DNA from: Cyanobacteria bacterium auto_48_18
GTDB taxonomy: Bacteria > Cyanobacteriota > Vampirovibrionia > Obscuribacterales > Obscuribacteraceae
Reading direction: 5' to 3'
Assembly (NCBI GenBank): GCA_036170915.1
Contig: JAVHQC010000022.1
Span: 32,001-96,000, forward strand
DNA length: 64,000 nt
Under the pieces are notes generated by a model. That model did not search any database. It saw only the letters and a list, made by a program, of their open reading frames with translations, and was not told where the DNA came from. This document shows, piece after piece, positions 56,487 to 64,000 of the stretch. Position numbers and translations under genes: made by a program. Position 1 is the first letter of the stretch; each line of letters opens with the position of its first letter.

Positions 56487-57264
56487 AATACCTGGTGGTT
56501 TTGTCAGCATTGTTACGCCTGCACTGGGCTACGACGTGCACTGCTTTCATTCAAGTGCCGATCCGGCCAAGAATGCAGGCAGCAAAATATTGCTGCAGCT
56601 ACCTATCATCATGATTCACGGTGCTGTTGTTTCGCGCCGGTATCTATTGCCGCTAGCAAAAGCGCTGGCCAACGATTATGTTGTTTACGTGCCCGACTTG
56701 CCGGGTCATGGTGCCAGCACAAAGCCTAAAGATGCTCTACCAGTGCAGGAACAAGCCGAAGTTATTCACGCCTGGATGCAAGGTCTTGGTCTGGAGAAAG
56801 TGGTGGTATTGGCTAACTCTTACGGTTGCGAAATTGCCGTCGAGTTGGCAGTAAGGTATCCACAATCTGTAGAGAGGCTCATTTTAACTGGACCCGCAGC
56901 TGATCCAGCTGCTCCGACAAAATTTCAACAAGCATTGCGCTTGTTCTGGGATGGAGTTCTGGAAAATCAGAAAATGTACTGGGTGCTATTTGTCGATATG
57001 CTCGAACTCGGCTGGCACCGAGCCATGCAGACTACTCAAATTATGGTCGATTATGACTATCTGCCCAGATTACCTTTGTTAAAAATGAAAACTCTTGTGG
57101 CTCGTGGCGAAAATGATCCGTTGTCTCCGCAAAAGTGGTGTGAGCAAGTAGTTAGCCTGATACCAGACGCTAGGCTTAAGGTGGTGCCTAAAGGGCCGCA
57201 TAATATCAATTTTAGTACGCCTAATGAGCTGGCCGACCTTGTTGCTCAATTTCTCAATGATTAG
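56467..57264 (+). CDS. alpha/beta hydrolase
   Basis: IHG, PDLPGHG, ANSYG nucleophile elbow, GEND, PH. Confidence 0.9.
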   Translation: MVMGKFEIPGGFVSIVTPALGYDVHCFHSSADPAKNAGSKILLQLPIIMIHGAVVSRRYLLPLAKALANDYVVYVPDLPGHGASTKPKDALPVQEQAEVIHAWMQGLGLEKVVVLANSYGCEIAVELAVRYPQSVERLILTGPAADPAAPTKFQQALRLFWDGVLENQKMYWVLFVDMLELGWHRAMQTTQIMVDYDYLPRLPLLKMKTLVARGENDPLSPQKWCEQVVSLIPDARLKVVPKGPHNINFSTPNELADLVAQFLND

Positions 57265-57742
57265 GGTCTTTATTGGTTAGATTGACAATTTTGGCATGAC
57301 TGGCCGCCACTAAATCAGCAGGGGTGATCAGTATTTCATTGCCCCAAACACCAGCACCAACTCCAAGTATTTCTTCATCCATAAGCGATGCTTCGAGAAT
57401 CGAACAAAAGCCTTCCGGTTGCCAGTGAAACGGAGGAATAGAGCCAATTACATAGCCAGTAATCTGCTGCACAATTTCAGGTTTTGCCATTGAAATATTG
57501 CGCGATCCCAATGCTTTTTTTAGAAGACCGGAGACGGCATTTTGATCGCCGCCCACCATCACCAGGGCGTAATCGCCGCGATCAGTGCCGAACACCAGAG
57601 TTTTTACCATCTGCCGCTCGCGAAAGCCTAATGCTTGAGCTACGTTGGCTGCGCCCTTTTCTGTGCTGTCGGCAAACTTGCGAATTTCGTAGGCAATGTT
57701 TCTTTCGTCTAAGTAGCTGTGAGCCGGAAGCTTGACTGTCAT
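57254..57742 (-). CDS. ybaK: YbaK/EbsC aminoacyl-tRNA deacylase
   Basis: VKTLV, TGYVIGSIPPF, GAG. Confidence 0.88.
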   Translation of the reverse strand: MTVKLPAHSYLDERNIAYEIRKFADSTEKGAANVAQALGFRERQMVKTLVFGTDRGDYALVMVGGDQNAVSGLLKKALGSRNISMAKPEIVQQITGYVIGSIPPFHWQPEGFCSILEASLMDEEILGVGAGVWGNEILITPADLVAASHAKIVNLTNKDPNH

Positions 57743-57888
57743 TTTCGACCTGATGGAAGAAGTGTTGATTGAAAATATAAGTTCGAACTCAGATTTTTCA
57801 GACTATAAGTTTAACCGGAAAGCTAAGCGGCGGAAGGTAAAGAATGGGACAATAAGTTTAACAGGGATGCATATTATGGAAATCGTCA

Positions 57889-58503
57889 ATGACTGGTAAC
57901 CAGGAAAGTGAAGCAGCGAAAATGAGCAGGCTGCTTTATGCCGAGATGGAACGCAAACTGCAAGACATGTTTGGGCCTGAGCATCGTACAGCTGCTCAGA
58001 TTGCTTTTGGTGGCGCCTGGCAGTCGTTAAATCGCATTGCCAAACACGGCGTTGGTGGTGTGCAGTCGGCTATCGACATGGTCAACGATCTAACAAAAGA
58101 ATTGAGTGAGGTAGAGTCATTCAGCATTGTGCCAAAACCTCCCGCCGAGATTGAAGTTGATATTCGCATTAAGAACGAAAAAGATATGCCGTTTAAGAAA
58201 AACGTGGCACCTTTTGTGGAAATAGAAGCGGTTTGTATAGCCAAGCGCGTACATTTTCAAGCCCTGGTTGATACTGAGAAGAGTGGCTTGCGGTGCAATA
58301 TTAATGAGGGTTTTTCAGTGCGCTTCAAAACTTTTTTAGGCAAGCAAACAGTGCCAATTAATGGCACGGCGATTTTGCGTTATGACGAAAATAAGCAAGT
58401 AGTGATGGAAGCTTCTACTAAATTGCCGGGCATTGACCTGCCGGTTAGCTTCACTCTACCGCTTAAGCAGCTGTTGCATGAAGCTCGCAAACACGTGGGC
58501 TAG
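57889..58503 (+). CDS. hypothetical protein
   Basis: 204-aa ORF, no motif recognised. Confidence 0.75.
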   Translation: MTGNQESEAAKMSRLLYAEMERKLQDMFGPEHRTAAQIAFGGAWQSLNRIAKHGVGGVQSAIDMVNDLTKELSEVESFSIVPKPPAEIEVDIRIKNEKDMPFKKNVAPFVEIEAVCIAKRVHFQALVDTEKSGLRCNINEGFSVRFKTFLGKQTVPINGTAILRYDENKQVVMEASTKLPGIDLPVSFTLPLKQLLHEARKHVG

Positions 58504-58508
58504 CAGGT

Positions 58509-59762
58509 TTAAACGATTTCCGCATATTGGTCTTTTTGCGGTAGTAGAGGAATCAAAAGCCAGCACCCTAAGGTTGCCACCGCGCTGACCACGATTAGTT
58601 GCGCAAATCCGTCTTTAAAAACATAGGTGTAAAGAGAGGCACCGATGTTGATGGAAATTTGCTCGGCAATATTGTACGCGGCAATGAGCACGGCGATGGT
58701 GGTGCTCTCAAAATCTTTAGGGCTGACATCGGCTGCCAGTCCGTAAACCAAAAGAATGGCAATCATTTCAGCAAATCCACGTAGAGTTTCTAAAGCCACT
58801 GCCGAGGCCGCCGAACCAAGCAGCAAATAGCCCAGTGTACTGGTAACGCCAACTACAACGGCTACTTTCGCTTGTGCTTGAGGGCTCAATTTTTTGTCGA
58901 GAAAGAAGCGATAAAAAACTGATCCCAATATCATGCCTACCGAAAATAGGGCACCTAGTTGGCCGATGAAAACCTGACTGAAACCTAGATCTTTAGTTTG
59001 ATGAAAGTATAGCGGCGTGCCGAATCCTGGGCTAAAACTCCAGCAGCACATGAATAAGCACACGAAGATCAGAGCACGTGACTGTGACTTTGCCAGCTGT
59101 TTTTTGATTGCCGGCAAGGAAATTTTAACTCCGGCTGATGGTTTTTCTTTGACTAAAATCCAGCTTGTTGCAGCGGCCAGAAAACAGGGTATGGCTGCGA
59201 TCAAAGCTGCGTTTGCCAGGGCGGTCTGCGGCGCAAAGTGACCGCAAAGATATCCGCCTAACAAAAACGAAATGATATTGGCACAGTAGTACCCGACAGC
59301 TTGAATGGCTTGAAACTTCCTGGTTTCAGCGTCAGGCCGGCCCATTTCAAGAGTCAGGCCGCAAAGAATGACAGTGCCGGCAGCCATGCCTGAGGCGGTG
59401 AGAAACAGAGCAACCATGAGCAAGGTAAGAGAGTGGCAGGTTGCGGCGGCCAGATAAAAAGCTCCGCTCAGGGCATAGACTAGAGTCAAGTATGATTTGC
59501 GTCGATAGCCGGCAAGTGGCACAGTGTCACTCAGAACACCGAAAATCGGTTTAATCATGAATGGCACCATTAGCACCGAAAGTAGTGCCGCTACCTGGGC
59601 AGCATTCATTTTCAGATCTTTGAGCAGGTAAAACTCTAAAGGCTGAGCAATCAAGCAAAAGTGCTGAGCAATACCTTGCGTAGCGTAGGCAATTATTATG
59701 TATACCAGGAAGGTGTTTTTCAGTTTGTTACTGGTTTGGTTTTTCAGCGCAGTGGGTGTCAT
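58509..59762 (-). CDS. MFS transporter, folate/biopterin (BT1) family
   Basis: PFMIKPIFGVLSDTVPLAGYRRKSY signature; about 12 TM. Confidence 0.9.
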   Translation of the reverse strand: MTPTALKNQTSNKLKNTFLVYIIIAYATQGIAQHFCLIAQPLEFYLLKDLKMNAAQVAALLSVLMVPFMIKPIFGVLSDTVPLAGYRRKSYLTLVYALSGAFYLAAATCHSLTLLMVALFLTASGMAAGTVILCGLTLEMGRPDAETRKFQAIQAVGYYCANIISFLLGGYLCGHFAPQTALANAALIAAIPCFLAAATSWILVKEKPSAGVKISLPAIKKQLAKSQSRALIFVCLFMCCWSFSPGFGTPLYFHQTKDLGFSQVFIGQLGALFSVGMILGSVFYRFFLDKKLSPQAQAKVAVVVGVTSTLGYLLLGSAASAVALETLRGFAEMIAILLVYGLAADVSPKDFESTTIAVLIAAYNIAEQISINIGASLYTYVFKDGFAQLIVVSAVATLGCWLLIPLLPQKDQYAEIV

Positions 59763-59790
59763 AGTTTTATGGGTATGGTCTTAAGCGCTA

Positions 59791-60699
59791 TCAATCAACT
59801 TGCACTGTTGGTAGTGCGTCATTTACTTCGCGCAAGAGCGAAATATCTTCTTCATTGAATTGAACATGCAATTCTTTCAAGTTTTTCAGTTGCTTTAGGG
59901 GGGCCACAGTCTTTGCACTCCACGGCCGGCAACCAAGCCAGAGAATCTTCAAAGCCTTGAACTGCGGCAAAATGGTAACAGCAGAATCAGGATATTCGGT
60001 ATTTTGAATGCTGAGAAACTGTAAGGCCGGCAGCTGTTTTAGCAACAGGAAGTCTTTGTTTGTCAGTTTAGTGTTGTGAATCTCAATTTTTTTGACTTGC
60101 TTAGAACCAGCTACAAGGGCGAGCACTGGAGCAACGCTATCGCCGCTCAGCCTCGCCGATTGGAGTTGTTTGATAAATTTGAATTGGTTCGCGGCCTTGC
60201 CATTTTCAACTTGATCAAGCATAAGATTTTTCAAGCGAGGCAAAGAGTTTGTGAAAGTCACTAAAGACGCATCAATACTCGCGTTTTTCACTCGCACTGT
60301 CTCAATCGATTTGTTGCCTGATAATGGCGTCATTATGCTCTTGCCGGATTCACCGGAAATTGTGATACCGCTTATGGTATCGCTGCAGACTTTAATCAGG
60401 TTTGCATTTCCGAGTAGAAAGGTGGAAGGCTCCAGCATTATTTTTGCCTCGGTCGGTATTTTTACCTGACCTTTGGCGGCCACTAATTTTTCCTGTTCGC
60501 TGTCGGGGCTGATTTTATATTGCAAATCGCCAAAGCTACTGTCGCCGGGAAAATTGATGGTTTTGGTTTTCACCCCGAACTTAGGCTCGGCGCTGACTGC
60601 ATTCTGGCGTGTTTTCGCCGCCGCTTCCTGCGGCTGGGCGCTAAGAAGAAGCAGCGAGGATGAGGTCAGCAGAATTTTTATCAGTGAGGCAAAAGTCAT
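59791..60699 (-). CDS. exported leucine-rich-repeat protein
   Basis: Signal peptide; LPRLKNLML, LPALQFLSI, LKNLKELHV. Confidence 0.82.
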   Translation of the reverse strand: MTFASLIKILLTSSSLLLLSAQPQEAAAKTRQNAVSAEPKFGVKTKTINFPGDSSFGDLQYKISPDSEQEKLVAAKGQVKIPTEAKIMLEPSTFLLGNANLIKVCSDTISGITISGESGKSIMTPLSGNKSIETVRVKNASIDASLVTFTNSLPRLKNLMLDQVENGKAANQFKFIKQLQSARLSGDSVAPVLALVAGSKQVKKIEIHNTKLTNKDFLLLKQLPALQFLSIQNTEYPDSAVTILPQFKALKILWLGCRPWSAKTVAPLKQLKNLKELHVQFNEEDISLLREVNDALPTVQVD

Positions 60700-60778
60700 A
60701 TAAAAGCGCAAGTTAATTGGAGAATAATCGATTATCATCAAATCTGTAGAATAATACTACAAGGATGACAAGCGAATA

Positions 60779-62326
60779 GTGGCAACAGCGGCAAATCGCA
60801 GACTCGACAACTTAGTGCACTGGCCACTTGTCGGCGTTCTTTTTTTTCTGCTGGTGTTTTTCTATTATCAGGGCTGGTCACTATCTCTGGCTTCACCTTA
60901 TGGCTTGGGTGAAGAAGGCTCATCAATGTGGGCGGCTCTGGCCCTTTCCGAAAACAGAAATCCTTATGATTTTGCCCGCCTATATTCGCACCCCTGGCAA
61001 TGTGTGGTTTATCCACCAGTTTATTTTGCCTTGCTCGGTTGGCTCTTCAAGATTACCGGTGCAGCCTTTTACCCCATGCGCATGTTCAGTATGGGAGCTT
61101 TCATTGTCAGTCTGGTCACCAGCTACCGCATCTTTGGTTTAAGTGGTTGTTCAAAGTTAGCGCGCATTATTGGGTTGCTTGTATTCTCATCATTCTGGAC
61201 AATTTGGTCTTATTCATTCAAAGGGCGAGTAGATATGCTCTCCCTCACTTTTGTCTTGCTGGCAATTCAGCAATATTTGGTGCTGGCGCGTAAGCCCAAA
61301 GATGACAACGTATTTCGCCTACCTCGTCTCATTGTTATAGCCACTCTCTGCCTCGCTGCCGCCTTTACCAAACAGGCTGCACTGGTGGTGGTGCCGGCGA
61401 TTGCCGCAGCGTTGATCATCGGCAGGCAGTGGCGTCTGGCACTTCTGTTCATGGGGCTAAGTTCTTTTCTCATTGTTGTTACCGCATGGTTGATTAACAA
61501 TGCCACCGCTGGTGGTTTTCTCAATCACATGTTATTTGCCGCCCAGGCACCTTTTCACTGGCAAGCTCTGCATAAGCACTTGCTGTGGCTCGGTTCTAAT
61601 TGGTTACCATTTCTATTGACTCCGGTGGCTTTGTTTATCATTATTGCCGGTTATTTTCGTGATGGTGAACAGCGCCAGGGGCCATACCGCCGTCATCTTT
61701 CAGCGTTGGCTCTAATTTCAACTTTATTTATTTTGTCCAGCATTTTAGCTTTTTATTCTCTGGGAGCCGAATTTGCCAATGTTGACGAAACCATGGTGTC
61801 TGCATTCTGTTGTGCCTGGTTGCTTGCACTAGCAATAGATCAAACAAAACGGCGTTTTCTTTTTCTGATATTCATTTGTATTGCAGTAGGCATTTATGTA
61901 ATCAGTGATTTAACTGAGCGGTTAAATCAGTCTGTGATTCCCATGATCAACGCTCGTGAAGTTATGCGCTCTGTCCCCTTCAACAAGGGGCTGATGCTTT
62001 GCGAAGATTGCTCTGTTGCCATCGATCTAGACGCCAGGCCTGAATTTGTTGATATTGCCACGTTTTTGCAAACGTGGCAGGCAACGCCTGGTTTGCTCGA
62101 AGATCGTATGCAGGATATAAAAAGGCGCATCAAGGCCAAAGAATACGGTGCCCTGGTGCTAAATGCGCGAGACGGCTGTCTGCTTAAGCCTCATTATTAC
62201 TGGGATGAATCGGTGATTCGAGCGGTAAAAGATAATTATCAACCCGTTGGCTCTTTTATGGACGAAGGTCGCATGCAAGATTTTTATTTGCCCAAGATTG
62301 AAGACCAGGCACCACGGCTGCGCTAG
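60779..62326 (+). CDS. GT-C (ArnT/PMT-like) membrane glycosyltransferase
   Basis: GEEG, YPPVY, GRVDM, FTKQ; about 11 TM. Confidence 0.82.
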   Translation: MATAANRRLDNLVHWPLVGVLFFLLVFFYYQGWSLSLASPYGLGEEGSSMWAALALSENRNPYDFARLYSHPWQCVVYPPVYFALLGWLFKITGAAFYPMRMFSMGAFIVSLVTSYRIFGLSGCSKLARIIGLLVFSSFWTIWSYSFKGRVDMLSLTFVLLAIQQYLVLARKPKDDNVFRLPRLIVIATLCLAAAFTKQAALVVVPAIAAALIIGRQWRLALLFMGLSSFLIVVTAWLINNATAGGFLNHMLFAAQAPFHWQALHKHLLWLGSNWLPFLLTPVALFIIIAGYFRDGEQRQGPYRRHLSALALISTLFILSSILAFYSLGAEFANVDETMVSAFCCAWLLALAIDQTKRRFLFLIFICIAVGIYVISDLTERLNQSVIPMINAREVMRSVPFNKGLMLCEDCSVAIDLDARPEFVDIATFLQTWQATPGLLEDRMQDIKRRIKAKEYGALVLNARDGCLLKPHYYWDESVIRAVKDNYQPVGSFMDEGRMQDFYLPKIEDQAPRLR

Positions 62327-63096
62327 TGACCAGTCAATCTTTTCTTGTCTGACTGAAACAGAAAATCTGGTGAGGCGAACATGGCATTTTTAGTCTTCTG
62401 GTCGGCATTGGTGGGCACGGCATTGTTCGTACCGTTTGCGCACAAAAAGTCTTTAGGGCGCTGAAAAAGACTCTCTGGCACTGAAACCGTTTTTTGTGAA
62501 GTGGTGTTGAAAATAGTAATTGCTTTGCGAGGCAAAGTCTCATATTCGTCGGCCCGTTGATCTTCTAGCGATAGATACTGCTGCAGTTTAAGCGGCACTC
62601 CGCCAACGGCAGGAATACTACCAGCAAAACCGCAAATCAAATCGATAGTCAAGGACGGTAACGCTGGCTCTTTCAGAACCCAGGCTCGGCTCCAGCTTTT
62701 TTTCGATGTTTGACGACTGTATACAAGCGCAGGTAAACCGTAAAGAGTGGTGCTTTCGCCTTTGCTCCACTTCTCGTCTAATAGAACGTCTGTGGCGCTG
62801 CTAAATGCCGTTGCACGGTTCATTTGCTCTACTGCCAGGGCGGTACTTTTAACGACGTAGCTGCGGCGAGCTATATTGATCACTTCAACTTCTTTAAACG
62901 GATAGCGCGTGATTGCCACTAGCCCTGTGGTGGGATGCTCCAGTCTGATAGCGGTTTTTGTCAGGTAGACCTTGAGTTTAGCGCCCAAATAATTATGTTG
63001 TTCCAGCACCAGGGCTGGTTTTGCCAGGCACGGGGCAGCGCTAAAAATAGTAGTGAGCAAAAGTAAGGCGCTGACTTTCGAAGAGAAGAGATTCAC
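62323..63096 (-). CDS. exported hypothetical protein (DUF4412-like)
   Basis: Signal peptide; beta-rich; GGVPLK...VPESLFQRPKDF. Confidence 0.7.
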   Translation of the reverse strand: MNLFSSKVSALLLLTTIFSAAPCLAKPALVLEQHNYLGAKLKVYLTKTAIRLEHPTTGLVAITRYPFKEVEVINIARRSYVVKSTALAVEQMNRATAFSSATDVLLDEKWSKGESTTLYGLPALVYSRQTSKKSWSRAWVLKEPALPSLTIDLICGFAGSIPAVGGVPLKLQQYLSLEDQRADEYETLPRKAITIFNTTSQKTVSVPESLFQRPKDFLCANGTNNAVPTNADQKTKNAMFASPDFLFQSDKKRLTGH

Positions 63097-63108
63097 GGCA
63101 TCTCCAAC

Positions 63109-63525
63109 TTAGGAAATATTGTTTGCGGCCGGCAATTTATGTTGAATGCTTTTGATCAATTTGCCTGATGCGTCATAGATTTGCCATTCGCCCACTTTTT
63201 TGTCGGCAATGTATTGACCTTGATCACTCAGCTGTCCGTTTGGATGATAGCGTTTCCAAAGGCCAGTTTTTTTCTGATCGGTGTCAAAGCCGCCTGTTTG
63301 CATAAGTTCGCCATTTTCGCGATACCAGGTCCATTCGCCTACCAGTTTGTCGTTTCTATAGCGGCCACTGGCCTTGAGATTGCCGTTGGCCAAATAATAT
63401 TTCCATTCGCCGGTTTTTTCACCATTTTGAAATTCACCAACGTTATCAATCGCCCCATTTTTAAACAAAACGGTGTGGATGCCGTTTTTCAGTTTTCCAT
63501 TTTTATCGATTTTGTTGTTTTTCAT
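63109..63525 (-). CDS. MORN-variant repeat protein (YwqK-like)
   Basis: GEWKYYLANGNL, GEWTWYRENGEL, GLWKRYHPNGQL repeats. Confidence 0.88.
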   Translation of the reverse strand: MKNNKIDKNGKLKNGIHTVLFKNGAIDNVGEFQNGEKTGEWKYYLANGNLKASGRYRNDKLVGEWTWYRENGELMQTGGFDTDQKKTGLWKRYHPNGQLSDQGQYIADKKVGEWQIYDASGKLIKSIQHKLPAANNIS

Positions 63526-63971
63526 TTTATTTGCCAGTCTTTAATTAACTCAGTTTTTTTTGCGTCATCAATCACCTGGGCCGTCCGAGTGATGGTGGGC
63601 TCGACAGTGGCAACCTCTTTCTGCCAGAGCAAAGTTTTCAAAACATTTCGCCGCTGATTGACGGTAATTATGGTTTGCACTTTTACCAGGTTGGCTTGAG
63701 GATACAACTTGACCGCATAATTTGCAGCAGCAATTAGATCATTATCGGTACTGCCTTCAAGCAGCCAGCCCGTGGGCTTGATGTATAAAGTTTCTCCCGA
63801 GACCGTCACTGCTAAGCTCATGCCGTCTACTTTTTGCCTCATGATAAACATGCCATAAGTCCACGGCGTGCGGTCAAAAAGCGTCAACACATCATTAGCA
63901 GGACCACCTGGCAAGTAGATGCGCAGGGGCATGAGCAGCATCAGGGCAATCAGTGAGCCGCAAAGCACCAT
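63522..63971 (-). CDS. hypothetical protein, possibly 5'-truncated by the window edge
   Basis: Frame stays open to position 64000; ATGA overlap with the MORN gene. Confidence 0.65.
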   Translation of the reverse strand: MVLCGSLIALMLLMPLRIYLPGGPANDVLTLFDRTPWTYGMFIMRQKVDGMSLAVTVSGETLYIKPTGWLLEGSTDNDLIAAANYAVKLYPQANLVKVQTIITVNQRRNVLKTLLWQKEVATVEPTITRTAQVIDDAKKTELIKDWQIK

Positions 63972-64000
63972 ATTTAGTGCCGAAAGCGACAGATTTGTGA

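Noticed and set aside
1..64000. Genome-wide UGA reassignment to explain the TGA at 24065
   Set aside because: TGA ends intact genes with TGATG/ATGA overlaps (21489, 44934, 52643) and Trp is encoded by TGG.
1..64000. CRISPR array, tRNA/rRNA, integrase or transposase
   Set aside because: No regularly spaced repeats, cloverleaf structures or recombinase motifs seen by eye.

Overview
Gene-dense bacterial chromosomal window with about 60 CDSs in the standard genetic code. I found no rRNA, tRNA, CRISPR array, integrase or transposase. The repertoire (many TPR/LRR proteins, a Ser/Thr kinase-TM-LRR, a Cph1/Rcp1-like two-component fusion, several GT-C glycosyltransferases) suggests non-photosynthetic Cyanobacteriota such as Melainabacteria/Obscuribacterales; this is inference only. 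Main points: (1) ORFs 24065-24313 and 23261-24040 are in one frame and separated by a single TGA at the active-site position of an exported thioredoxin-fold, SelN-like protein, with a SECIS-like hairpin just downstream. This is a candidate unannotated selenoprotein. (2) 725-7411 is bracketed by a 25/26-identical inverted repeat. It holds co-oriented orphan genes with SD-less, A-rich leaders and shared intergenic motifs, plus a divergent ribosomal protein S1 homologue. (3) A 289-bp diverged duplicate of a glycosyltransferase 3' end brackets an immunity-like gene (32699-34145). (4) Other oddities include a MocR regulator lacking the PLP lysine, a kinase/response-regulator fusion with an internal SD-ATG, a eukaryote-type UDP-galactopyranose mutase and a PI3K/HipA-like kinase. 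All family calls come from motif recognition by eye; no searches were run.
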